64,000 bases of DNA from a bacterium (GTDB lineage: Bacteria > Zixibacteria > MSB-5A5 > GN15 > FEB-12), in assembly GCA_043811375.1 (NCBI GenBank), contig JBDRNJ010000009.1:32001-96000 (forward strand), read 5' to 3'. Made by a program: the position numbers and the translations under genes. The notes below the pieces were generated by a model. That model worked only from the letters and a program-made list of their open reading frames with translations. It was not told the origin of the DNA and searched no databases. Position 1 is the stretch's first letter. Each line of letters opens with the position of its first letter. Positions 29,481-38,861 of the stretch are shown here, piece by piece.

Positions 29481-32153
29481 ATGACGCTTGAGAAAGGACA
29501 ACGGCTCGGGCCGTACGAAATCGAAAAGCCGCTGGGAGCTGGTGGCATGGGCGAAGTCTATCGGGCCAGGGACACGCGCCTCGATCGGACTGTCGCCATC
29601 AAGGTGCTGCCGGAACGCACCGCTATGAACGCCGATCTCCGCACTCGTTTTGAACGCGAAGCAAAAGCCATCTCCAGCCTCAATCATCCCAATATCTGCA
29701 CGCTTCACGATGTCGGCCACCACGAGGGCACTGACTTTCTGGTAATGGAATACCTCGAAGGTGAGGTACTTTCCGAGCGCCTGAAGCGCAGCGCAATGGA
29801 TGTGGAAGAGGGACTCGATATTGCCATCCAGATTGCCGATGCCCTCACCACCGCTCACGGTCAGGGACTGATTCACCGCGACCTGAAACCCGACAACATT
29901 TTTCTGACCAAAGACGGCGCCAAGCTGCTCGATTTCGGCCTGGCCAAGCTACAGATATCCGATGGCGTCATTGAAGGGATGACCGGTGTTACACAAACCT
30001 CTCCCCTGACAGGCAAGGGCGCCATTGTCGGCACACTCTACTACATGTCACCGGAACAACTGGAAGGTAAAGAGGCTGACGCGCGCAGCGACATCTTTGC
30101 TCTTGGCGCCACCCTGTTTGAGATGATCACCGGCCAACGGGCCTTTGAAGGCCAGAGCCAGGCCAGCCTGATTGCGGCCGTGATAGAACGGACACCGCCG
30201 CCGATATCCGAGGTCAAACCGCTGGCTCCCCCCGGTCTGGTTCGGCTGGTCAAGAAATGTCTGGAGAAAGATCCCGATCGGCGCTGGCAATCGGCCCGTG
30301 ATCTGGCCGACGAACTCCGCTGGATCGCTCAATCCGGTTCTCAGGCCGGGGTGCCGGCACCGGTATCAAGTCGAAGACGGTTCCACCTGAGGGTGTCATG
30401 GTCCTTGTTTACCCTGGCAGGTGTGGTGGCGGTTCTGTTTGCGGCACTCTACCTGAGTGTAGAAAAACCAACGTGCAATTCGACTCGATTCTCCATTATG
30501 CCTGAGCAGCAACTCACACGAATCGAGTGGCCGCGCATTTCTCCCGATGGTCAACTTCTGGCTTTCTTGGGCACAGATTCAGTGAACACAAGGTCAATTT
30601 GGATTCGCCCCCTGAACTCCCTCGACCCGTACCGCCTGGCCGGTACTGAAGACGCCGGGCGGTCCTTCTGGTCACCTGACAGCCGCTATCTGGCGTTTTT
30701 CGTGCAGCAAAGACAGCTCAAGAAAATCGCCGTGGCCGGTGGACCGACTCAACTCATTTGCGAATACGAGGGGGTCGATGGCTCGTGGGGAAGTGACGGG
30801 ACGATTCTCTTTGATTACATGTTTGATAACCCGATCATGCGAGTTCCAGCCGCGGGAGGATCGCCCGCATCGGGAACCACTCTTGATGAGAATGGTGGTG
30901 AGGCGTATCACATGTGGCCCTGGTGCCTTTCCGACGGCAAACACTTCCTCTATCTGGCAGCAGTCGATACTACGGGGCGGGGAGCAATGGTCTCAGGTGA
31001 TCAAGGATACTTACTCAAGGCAGGATCTCTTGATGGCGGCATAGACAAGCAGCTTCTTCGCGTGCATTCGCGGGTGGAGTTCTGTGCGCCCGCGTATATC
31101 ATTCACTGTCGCGACGGAGTCTTATTTGCTCAGCGGTTGGACATTGACAACATGGCAATTGTCGGAGAACCGATACCTATAGCCGAGAATGTGGAACTGG
31201 GGACCGACGCTTACCAATTCAGTGTGTCGAACGAAGGAACGCTCGTTTACATGAGTCAATCGGATACCGGTAACAGCCAGATCATAGCAGTTGATCGCGA
31301 CGGGAATATCCTCGACACCGTCATCGTAACGGGACAATACAACGATCTCGCCCTGTCTCCGGATGGTCGGCGACTCGCTTTCGTCAAAACCGAGCCACGA
31401 GAGAGCCAACGGGATGTGTGGATTCATTATCTTGATAGAGGATTATCTTCCCGACTCACCTTCGCGGATGCTGATGACTGGCGCCCGGTCTGGTCGCCCG
31501 ATGGTGAGCGCATCGCCTTCGCATCGAACCGTACAGGCAATGTGGGAATTCATGAACGCTCGGCGAGTGGGACGGGAGATAGTCGGTTGATTCATTCGCA
31601 AGGGGGTGTGTCAGTGCCCACGGATTGGTCACGTGACGGACGGTTCCTCAGCATTCTCCAATTTCGAAACAATTACGATATCTACTTCATTGACATGGTC
31701 GATTCAACGGATCCCCAGCCGGTACTGACAACGCCCCACAATGAGCAGTATGGAACCTTCTCACCCGATGGACGCTACCTGGCATACCAGAGTGACGAGT
31801 CCGGTCGCCCCGAGGTCTACGTGCGGGAACTTGGTGAGGCAGGTGGTAAATGGCAGATGTCGGCCGACGGCGGTTTTACCCCGCAATGGCGCGCTGACGG
31901 GAAAGAATTGTACTTCTGGAATGCAAATGACTATCTGGTAGCAGTCCCGGTGCAGCCCGACGGCCGGGCGTTCGAAACCGGCCGACCACAGAGTTTGTTC
32001 CAGCGGGTTGTGAACGCCAGTCCTGGTAGTGGGCGCAGGTACTATGATGTCACTGCAGCCGGCGATCTTTTCTACCTCAACGTGCCAGTTGACGTTGCCG
32101 AGCAGTCGCAATTCATCGTTGTCCTCAACTGGGACTCTGAACTGGAGAAATGA
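29481..32153 (+). CDS. Hanks-type Ser/Thr protein kinase with TM and PD40/TolB-like beta-propeller
   Basis: GAGGMGEVY, HRDLKPDN, DFG; repeated (W/F)SPDG units. Confidence 0.93.
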   Translation: MTLEKGQRLGPYEIEKPLGAGGMGEVYRARDTRLDRTVAIKVLPERTAMNADLRTRFEREAKAISSLNHPNICTLHDVGHHEGTDFLVMEYLEGEVLSERLKRSAMDVEEGLDIAIQIADALTTAHGQGLIHRDLKPDNIFLTKDGAKLLDFGLAKLQISDGVIEGMTGVTQTSPLTGKGAIVGTLYYMSPEQLEGKEADARSDIFALGATLFEMITGQRAFEGQSQASLIAAVIERTPPPISEVKPLAPPGLVRLVKKCLEKDPDRRWQSARDLADELRWIAQSGSQAGVPAPVSSRRRFHLRVSWSLFTLAGVVAVLFAALYLSVEKPTCNSTRFSIMPEQQLTRIEWPRISPDGQLLAFLGTDSVNTRSIWIRPLNSLDPYRLAGTEDAGRSFWSPDSRYLAFFVQQRQLKKIAVAGGPTQLICEYEGVDGSWGSDGTILFDYMFDNPIMRVPAAGGSPASGTTLDENGGEAYHMWPWCLSDGKHFLYLAAVDTTGRGAMVSGDQGYLLKAGSLDGGIDKQLLRVHSRVEFCAPAYIIHCRDGVLFAQRLDIDNMAIVGEPIPIAENVELGTDAYQFSVSNEGTLVYMSQSDTGNSQIIAVDRDGNILDTVIVTGQYNDLALSPDGRRLAFVKTEPRESQRDVWIHYLDRGLSSRLTFADADDWRPVWSPDGERIAFASNRTGNVGIHERSASGTGDSRLIHSQGGVSVPTDWSRDGRFLSILQFRNNYDIYFIDMVDSTDPQPVLTTPHNEQYGTFSPDGRYLAYQSDESGRPEVYVRELGEAGGKWQMSADGGFTPQWRADGKELYFWNANDYLVAVPVQPDGRAFETGRPQSLFQRVVNASPGSGRRYYDVTAAGDLFYLNVPVDVAEQSQFIVVLNWDSELEK

Positions 32154-32210
32154 CTACTGCGCTTCCAGTCACTGCTGGAGAAGTACAAGTAAACTCTACC
32201 CCGCCCCGTA

Positions 32211-32239
32211 CCCCACCCGGAGTGAAACGGCGGGTGGGG
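32211..32239. terminator. Hairpin between convergent genes
   Basis: CCCCACCCG / CGGGTGGGG stem between the 32153 and 32247 stops. Confidence 0.5.
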
Positions 32240-32246
32240 AGTTTGT

Positions 32247-33719
32247 CTACATCGTCTCCCCTTTCCGGGCGGCTTTAGCCCGTATCAGGGCGTAACTGAG
32301 GCTGTTGGTTATATTAAAGTTAGCCGCTTGACGGTAAATCTCCCGCGCCCGGTCAATGTCGCCTCTCCCCTCGGCAGCCCGTGCCATCAAGTAGATGTTG
32401 TACGGACTGACCTGCGAGGCCAGGGCCAGTTCTCTGTCGGCGGTGTCGTAGTCACCGTTCTCCAGGGCAATCATACCGGCTAATTGATGACCTATCTTTT
32501 CCTGATAGGGGTTGTCGATCGATTCCGCTCGAGCGGCATAGGAAGCCGCTTTGGTCGCAGCTTGATCGAGTTCTCCCCTGGCCAGGTTCACCCGCACCGA
32601 ATAATAGAGAAAGGTCAACTGACTCTGGATCTTGACCGACTGCTCCACTGATGACGCTTCCGTCAGCCTGATCGCCCTAGTAAACTCGATCAGCGCTTCT
32701 TCAGGCCGGCCGGCTTCGAGAAGGATCAGGCCAATTAAGTTGAAATCATTCGACATCGCCGAAGTATCGTCTATTGCCCGGGCTATCTCATACCGCTCAG
32801 ACAGTTTCCCCAGGGCTTCCTCGAATAGCCCTTCATCGATGAACGTGATTGCCATCGCCGCTATAACCGTGCGGCGCTGACCGTCATCCTTGGCCGAATC
32901 GTAGAAGTTCTGCAATTGCCGTCGGGCGCTCTCATGGTCACCCTTGAAGCAGAGATTGAAAGCGATGCCCAGATGAGAGGCTGTGAAGTCCGGATTGATT
33001 TTCATGGCCCGGCGGTAGATATCGATCGATTCGTCAAACCGGCCGACCTTCATCAGAAGCTCGGCGTAGGAATCATATGGATTAGGGTCGTCGGGAATCA
33101 ACTTGATGTATTTCACGAAGGCCTTCTCCGCATCGTAGTATTTCTCCAGGAACCGGTAACAGTATCCCATCTGGTTGTAGGCCTGTGAAAACTCGGGATT
33201 GATCCTGATCACGCTCTGGTACGTCTTGATCGCATCATCGTATTTCTGCTGGGCCATGTAGCAGAGCGCCAGCAGGCTGTGAGCCCGTTCGTCACCGGGG
33301 TAGGCATCGACCAGTTGTTGATACAGCGTTTGCTGCTTGGCCGGGTCAGCCTCGAGATAACCCGCCTCAAGACCAGCTATCATCAGACGCTCGCCTTCGG
33401 ATACTTTATCCACCGCAGCCCTGGCTGCTTCAAGGCTCTCAAAAAACGCTCTGGCGTTCGGCTGTACTTGACAGAGATATAGATGGGCAAGTGCGAAATC
33501 GGGATCGGCGGCAACTGCCTTCTCAAAGAACTCTCTCGATTCCTGATTGCGTACTCTTTCCGACAGATCACGACCCTGCAGGAAGTACTCCCGGGCTTCA
33601 CCAGATGACGTAGTAACCGGGATCTTGCTGTCCTGGCCGGCGGCAACATCTGTGGAAGCCTGAACTGACGTCCAGATAAAGAGTGCTGCCAGAGATACCA
33701 CCATACGATTGGTTTTCAT
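32247..33719 (-). CDS. Exported TPR-repeat protein
   Basis: Signal peptide MKTNRMVVSLAALF; many TPRs (AYNQMGY, PYDSYAE); ATG 33719 after GGAG. Confidence 0.85.
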   Translation of the reverse strand: MKTNRMVVSLAALFIWTSVQASTDVAAGQDSKIPVTTSSGEAREYFLQGRDLSERVRNQESREFFEKAVAADPDFALAHLYLCQVQPNARAFFESLEAARAAVDKVSEGERLMIAGLEAGYLEADPAKQQTLYQQLVDAYPGDERAHSLLALCYMAQQKYDDAIKTYQSVIRINPEFSQAYNQMGYCYRFLEKYYDAEKAFVKYIKLIPDDPNPYDSYAELLMKVGRFDESIDIYRRAMKINPDFTASHLGIAFNLCFKGDHESARRQLQNFYDSAKDDGQRRTVIAAMAITFIDEGLFEEALGKLSERYEIARAIDDTSAMSNDFNLIGLILLEAGRPEEALIEFTRAIRLTEASSVEQSVKIQSQLTFLYYSVRVNLARGELDQAATKAASYAARAESIDNPYQEKIGHQLAGMIALENGDYDTADRELALASQVSPYNIYLMARAAEGRGDIDRAREIYRQAANFNITNSLSYALIRAKAARKGETM

Positions 33720-33789
33720 TCTTGTCTCCTTTCCACTGCGCGGACTTGGCTGTGCATCAAACCTGGCGGATCGGGGCACTCAATCTTGA

Positions 33790-33815
33790 GACGCCCCAAG
33801 TCCGGAATTGTTCAA
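33790..33815 (-). promoter_or_regulatory. Putative ECF-sigma promoter
   Basis: TTGAAC-N16-CGTC upstream of the TPR gene. Confidence 0.45.
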
Positions 33816-33858
33816 GTCCTACTCTCTAATGGTATCTCTTTTGTCCCAAATCAGAAAT

Positions 33859-33894
33859 AAAAAAAAAACGGCCGGGCCGTAAAAAACCAGCCGG
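33859..33894 (-). terminator. Rho-independent terminator of the DUF4097 gene
   Basis: CGGCTGG/CCGGCCG stem followed by T10 on the minus strand. Confidence 0.6.
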
Positions 33895-33963
33895 TTGTAT
33901 TGTCTCTGTCCTGACCTGCCGAAAAGAAGCCTCGTACAACGCCAGGAAAAAGTGACTTGTTAC

Positions 33964-34815
33964 TCACTGTCTCAAACTGGCCCGGCCGGAAGCCGTTTCC
34001 AGTGCTATCTGCGGAGAGTCACCGTCCTTGGTGAAGGTCTTGGCAACATACTTCTCGCCCCACTTGCGGAATGTCTCCTCATTATCGAAATCAAAAGGCG
34101 AGTCGATCCGCCCCTTACGATCTCGGGCCGTAAACTCAAAAAAGCCTTTGATCGGGTTGCCGTTGTAATCCAACAGGACCCGACCGGAAGCCGACGACAG
34201 CGTCAGATCATGATCAGCCGTTTCGGCCAGAGCTACTTCCACCTTTCCGGAAGCAGTTGCAAACGAGCCGGCTTCTCTGAGAACCACGTTGACAGCATCA
34301 ACATCACCCGAGGCGGTGGCGATCACGAACTCGCCGGAGCAATCTTCGATCTCAATGGTTCCCGAGGCGGTATTAAAATAGAACCCGCCGGTGCAACCGA
34401 GAACCTCTACATCACCGGAAGCGGTCTCCGAAGAAAAATCACCCGACAGGTTCTCGATAATCAGATCTCCCGATGCTGACGAAAACTCGATCTCGGTGCC
34501 GTCGGGAACGGTCAGAGTCCAGGTAGCACTGCCGTTGTTGGAGCCCAGGATATTCTCGCTGAGTCTCAACGTGTTCTTTCGCTCCCGGACCTTCGGCTTA
34601 AAACTGTCGCGAGGCGAATAGGAGTTGATTACTTCCACCTCGATCTGGTCGGTTTTGCCTTTCATTACCACACAGTCACCGCTGACGGTGCTGATCTTGA
34701 TCCGCTCTTTCTTCTCAAACGTCCAATTGGTGGTCCGATCCGACCCGGCCTGGGCTGCCGTCATGAGCACCACCACCAGGATTGCCGTCATCGTGATACT
34801 TCCGAACTTCTTCAT
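33964..34815 (-). CDS. DUF4097 family beta-strand repeat (putative adhesin) protein
   Basis: Signal peptide; repeated (T/S)ASG(D/T/K/R) units. Confidence 0.85.
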   Translation of the reverse strand: MKKFGSITMTAILVVVLMTAAQAGSDRTTNWTFEKKERIKISTVSGDCVVMKGKTDQIEVEVINSYSPRDSFKPKVRERKNTLRLSENILGSNNGSATWTLTVPDGTEIEFSSASGDLIIENLSGDFSSETASGDVEVLGCTGGFYFNTASGTIEIEDCSGEFVIATASGDVDAVNVVLREAGSFATASGKVEVALAETADHDLTLSSASGRVLLDYNGNPIKGFFEFTARDRKGRIDSPFDFDNEETFRKWGEKYVAKTFTKDGDSPQIALETASGRASLRQ

Positions 34816-34863
34816 CAAATCCTCCCTGGTCTTATTAGCATAGTTTACAGTTTTGTCAGATAG

Positions 34864-34889
34864 TACGGCGGCGCATGAGTGAAGTTTCG
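34864..34889 (-). promoter_or_regulatory. Putative ECF-sigma (SigW-like) promoter
   Basis: CGAAAC-N16-CGTA, compared with the B. subtilis SigW consensus TGAAAC-N16-CGTA. Confidence 0.5.
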
Positions 34890-34999
34890 GCGGGGGAGTT
34901 CATACTACTGAATTCTTGAATAATCTCCACCTGACACAGTATATTGAAGGGAGGCCGGATGATCGGTCGTCCGGTCAATAATCATTGAGGAGGATTGAT

Positions 35000-35422
35000 A
35001 TGCCGTTTTGCCCCAACTGCCGCTATGAGTATCGGGAAGGTATGGTCACTTGTCCCGAGTGTCATGAGAAGCTGGTACCGGTTCTTGCTGAGGAATCAAT
35101 GAATAATCCCCCCGATACCGACAAACCGGACCGCGACTGGATTCAAATTGCCCGGTTGAGTTCGCGCGAGTATGCCGAAATGGTCGTCGAAGTATGGCAT
35201 GCCAGACAGATACCGGCTGTAATCCATTCCGGCACGGGACATTTCGGGATCACCGGTCAGATGGGGCCGTCGTCTTTCCGGCCAATCGGCGGCGGCTATT
35301 CACTGATGGTGCCACGTGAACATGTCGCAGCCGCTGATCGAGAAGCGGCACTTATCTTAGGAGACGAGTGGGAGAAATCCAAGCTGATAGATATCGATAA
35401 TGACCCCGGAAGTACCGACTGA
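35000..35422 (+). CDS. Zinc-ribbon + DUF2007-like hypothetical protein
   Basis: MPFCPNC...CPEC N-terminus; GAGGAG RBS. Confidence 0.7.
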   Translation: MPFCPNCRYEYREGMVTCPECHEKLVPVLAEESMNNPPDTDKPDRDWIQIARLSSREYAEMVVEVWHARQIPAVIHSGTGHFGITGQMGPSSFRPIGGGYSLMVPREHVAAADREAALILGDEWEKSKLIDIDNDPGSTD

Positions 35423-35467
35423 CAGTGATTAATCATAGCAGTTGGCGTGGAACGCACATCCTGATTC

Positions 35468-36247
35468 TCATCTTCTCTTGTATCCTACCGTCAGCGTCAG
35501 CTTATCAGAAACCAACCAGGGATCGTCCGGCTTCTCTTTGACATACTTTTCCAAACGACGAATGCCGTCCTCAAGAGCCTTTTGCTGTATGAGTGTCAGC
35601 ACGGAGGTGCTCTTAAGCCGAATAGCCTTCAGGCGGGCAGTCCCTGATGAGTACGTCCTCTGCACTAACTCAAGAGATGTCACTTTCTCAAACCCTGCCT
35701 CGGCCAGCCACTTCTCGACCAGAGCCACCGATGGCGTTCTTACTTCATCTATCGGGACCGTCTCCGGAAAGAACGTATGTTCGACATCATCTCGAATCTG
35801 CTCGATCGCCCCATAGCGGATAAGAATCACTCCCGGCGACGTGAGAACCCGTTTACACTCCTTCAGGACATTCGGTGGGGAATCGGTGTGGTGCAACAGG
35901 TGTGAGAGAAAGACTATATTAAACGACCGGTCACTGTATGTCAAAGATCCAGCATTCTGAAGATCCCAGGCAACCAGTCCGGAAACATCTTTTTCTCTGG
36001 CCTTGGCCAGCATTTCCGGAGAGGAGTCAGCTCCGGTTACACGGCACCGGAAACGATCGGCAATCGGCAACGCAAACCGTCCCGTTCCGCACCCCAGGTC
36101 AAGCAGTGACGATGAATTCGAGATTGAGGTATATTCCTGAATGAGCTCCAGCCACCGATCAATGTTTTCATCGGAGATTGCCCGCCCCCGGTCATAGGAG
36201 GTTGAAATTCGATTATAATCGGCTTTCTTCATGAGTCGGTACCACAC
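35468..36247 (-). CDS. Class I SAM-dependent methyltransferase
   Basis: LLDLGCGTG, ADSSPEML and LLHH motifs; start may be 36232. Confidence 0.88.
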   Translation of the reverse strand: MWYRLMKKADYNRISTSYDRGRAISDENIDRWLELIQEYTSISNSSSLLDLGCGTGRFALPIADRFRCRVTGADSSPEMLAKAREKDVSGLVAWDLQNAGSLTYSDRSFNIVFLSHLLHHTDSPPNVLKECKRVLTSPGVILIRYGAIEQIRDDVEHTFFPETVPIDEVRTPSVALVEKWLAEAGFEKVTSLELVQRTYSSGTARLKAIRLKSTSVLTLIQQKALEDGIRRLEKYVKEKPDDPWLVSDKLTLTVGYKRR

Positions 36248-36548
36248 TCATCAGTCAGGAAATATCAGACATACAACGAATATAAGGAATCCTGCCGCGA
36301 ATGCAACGAGGACACATGGGCTGCAAACTGCATCATAGTATGGCATAATTATATGGTCATTTGAATGAGCAATGTGGAAGGAACGTGTGGTGATCAATCG
36401 TACTCGAGTAGCTAACCGATATAACACCCTTGAGTTCATGTTCTCAAATCTATGGAAATCACTTGTGTCATAGTCAATTACGGGGTATATTTGAAAACCA
36501 AGATCACCATGAAATTTATTAAACTGTCTTTATGGTGAGGAGTATGTC

Positions 36549-37412
36549 ATGTGTCGTGTTATTTCTCTCTTGACCTTAGTTACAGTTCTTGCTACCCAGA
36601 TATCTTCAGATAACATTGATAGCTTACGGTTGCTGGCCGACAGCGGCGATGCACACGCTCAAACGGAATTGGCTCTATGTTTCTTCCGTGCTGTTGAAGT
36701 TGAGCAGAGTATTGACTCCGGCTTGATCTGGCTTCGGAGAGCCGTTGTCCAGAATCACTCTACTGCACAGGCAATCCTGGGCGGGTCGTACATAAAGGGG
36801 GAGAGAGTTCCCCTGGATACTATTGAGGGCATCCGGTTAATTAGACTCTCTGCTGAGCAAGGTGATAGTATTGGTCTCTACAACCTTGCCACTGCCTACA
36901 TGAGGGGTGACGGTGTTGCTCAGGATAGTTCTGAGGCTTTGAAATGGGTACGCAAGTCAGCTGAGAAAGGCCATGCACCAGCTCAGTATCAACTCGCTAC
37001 GTTTTATGAGAGTGGTGCGTTTGTAAAGACAGACAAGAAGAAAGCTTTCAAATGGTTCTTAGCAGCTGCCAATGGCGGCGATCCCGTCGCACAGTACGAA
37101 GTTGGCTTCATGTATTGGCAAGGAAATGGCGTCAAGAAGAATGGCAAGAAGGCTGCTCGCTGGTTGGAGGCAGCAGCGCTGAACGGTGAACGAGATGCGA
37201 TGCTTTGGCTTGGCCTTGCTCAGTTCAGGGGCAAGGACATGAAACAAAACAAAGTAAGCGGGCTCCGCTGGTTGATGCTTGCAGAAGCCGCCGGTCATCC
37301 GGATGCAAGTGAATGGTTGCAGAAATCGATCAACATCGCAGACCGGAAAACAATCATCAAAGCGGAAGACCTTGCGTACGAGACGCGCATCTCACGGGAA
37401 ACACAGGAATAA
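36549..37412 (+). CDS. Exported Sel1-repeat protein
   Basis: Signal peptide; repeated AQY.L...Y..G.GV..D/N...A..W...AA..G units. Confidence 0.92.
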   Translation: MCRVISLLTLVTVLATQISSDNIDSLRLLADSGDAHAQTELALCFFRAVEVEQSIDSGLIWLRRAVVQNHSTAQAILGGSYIKGERVPLDTIEGIRLIRLSAEQGDSIGLYNLATAYMRGDGVAQDSSEALKWVRKSAEKGHAPAQYQLATFYESGAFVKTDKKKAFKWFLAAANGGDPVAQYEVGFMYWQGNGVKKNGKKAARWLEAAALNGERDAMLWLGLAQFRGKDMKQNKVSGLRWLMLAEAAGHPDASEWLQKSINIADRKTIIKAEDLAYETRISRETQE

Positions 37413-37469
37413 CTCCCTCAGGCTTTTCTTACGCCTGGTTGCTCATCGCCCTTCGTGATTAATTATAAG

Positions 37470-37563
37470 CGGAAGGGGTGGGAATCGAACCCACCGGGGA
37501 CAATACAATTGCCCCCCGCACGGCTTTGAAGGCCGGGACCGCCACCAGACGGCATCCGCTTCC
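37470..37563 (-). tRNA. selC: tRNA-Sec (anticodon UCA), CCA not encoded
   Basis: GGAAGCGG-AT-GCCGTC TGGT GGCGGT (6-bp D stem, 4-nt loop)-CCCGGC CTTCAAA GCCGTG-long 9-bp variable arm-GTGGG TTCGATT CCCAC-CCCTTCC-G. Confidence 0.93.
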
Positions 37564-37778
37564 GATTGAATATACGAATCTGCCGGCCGGCCGGCAATAC
37601 CGTTCAGTAACCCGGCAGGTCTCTACGAGACCTGCCCAAAAGCTTCTTCCGGGAGCCCATAGTGGGTGTGTGTAAAAAATGAACAGGCACTCAGATCGGC
37701 CCGACCGTAAAATCCCCGTCTCCCCGACCGATACAGTGAGAAACAAACGACTACGAATGGACTGGGAATACCGCAGTT

Positions 37779-38861
37779 ATGGCGAAAATAGATCAGTTAC
37801 TGCAGATCGTCAAAGATGCCCGCGCCACTGACCTGCACCTGGCAGCGGGGAGTGTGCCGATTGTCCGGGTCAACGGGCAGCTTGAAAAGACACGCCACAA
37901 AAAACTCACCGCCGACAATATCAGGCAGTTGCTCTACGAAATCCTGACCGATGATCAAATCAGGCAATTCGAGACAGAGGGTGATCTGGATGCCGCCTAT
38001 GGGGTAACCGGAATCGCGCGGTTTCGCATAAATCTCTACAGGATGCAGGGTGGCATCGGCGCTGCTTTACGTCTCATTCCGGATGAGTTTGCTGATCTGA
38101 ATACTCTGGGGTTTTCCATAGCTGTTTCAAAAATGGCCGGGAGCAAATCCGGTCTGGTGCTGGTAACCGGACCGACCAACTCCGGTAAAACCACCACTCT
38201 GGCCTCGATGGTCGACTATATCAATACCAACTTCGCCCGGCACATAATTACACTTGAAGATCCCATCGAATATGTTCATGTCGGCAAGAACTCTCTGATA
38301 TCCCAGAGACAGATCGGTCTTCACGCCCAATCATTTGCCACAGGTCTTCGGGCCGCCCTGCGTGAGGACCCGGATGTCATCATGGTCGGTGAGCTGCGAG
38401 ACACCGAGACTATTTCCCTAGCCATCACCGCTGCTGAGGCCGGCCTGCTTGTGCTGGGGACACTGCATACCTGCACGGCGGCGGCTACGGTTGATCGGAT
38501 TATCGATGTTTTCCCACCGATGCAACAGCAGCAGATCAGGATAATGCTGGCCGACACACTGACCGGAGTTGTATCTCAGCAGTTGTTGCGGCGTGCCGAC
38601 GGAAGCGGCCGCATCGTAGCCTATGAGCTTCTGGTACACACGCCGGCGGTTGCCAACCTTATCCGGGAAGCTCGAACACATCAGTTGCCGACTGTTATTG
38701 AGTCGGGCAGGAAGAAGGGCATGCGCCTGCTGGATAATCACCTTAAGGCACTGGTAGATTCCGGCGCCGTCAGTGCCGGCGAGGCGGCCAAGTTTGCCAA
38801 TGATCCGAAACACTTTTGCGAGATGACATCATCTGAGGAACTTCAACTGGTGGGAGCATAA
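37779..38861 (+). CDS. pilT: Type IV pilus retraction ATPase PilT
   Basis: ATDLHL, GPTNSGKTT, TLEDPIE, LREDPDVIMVGELRD, GTLHT, AVANLIRE (AIRNLIRE-like). Confidence 0.92.
   Translation: MAKIDQLLQIVKDARATDLHLAAGSVPIVRVNGQLEKTRHKKLTADNIRQLLYEILTDDQIRQFETEGDLDAAYGVTGIARFRINLYRMQGGIGAALRLIPDEFADLNTLGFSIAVSKMAGSKSGLVLVTGPTNSGKTTTLASMVDYINTNFARHIITLEDPIEYVHVGKNSLISQRQIGLHAQSFATGLRAALREDPDVIMVGELRDTETISLAITAAEAGLLVLGTLHTCTAAATVDRIIDVFPPMQQQQIRIMLADTLTGVVSQQLLRRADGSGRIVAYELLVHTPAVANLIREARTHQLPTVIESGRKKGMRLLDNHLKALVDSGAVSAGEAAKFANDPKHFCEMTSSEELQLVGA

Noticed and set aside
36251..36439. 62-aa minus-strand ORF with a hydrophobic C-terminus
   Set aside because: No clear RBS or family motif. It could be a small membrane protein but is unsupported.
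35468..37460. Possible genomic island at the 3' end of selC (Sel1 and methyltransferase genes, AT-richer spacer)
   Set aside because: No integrase or duplicated tRNA end was seen, and composition by eye is not enough evidence.
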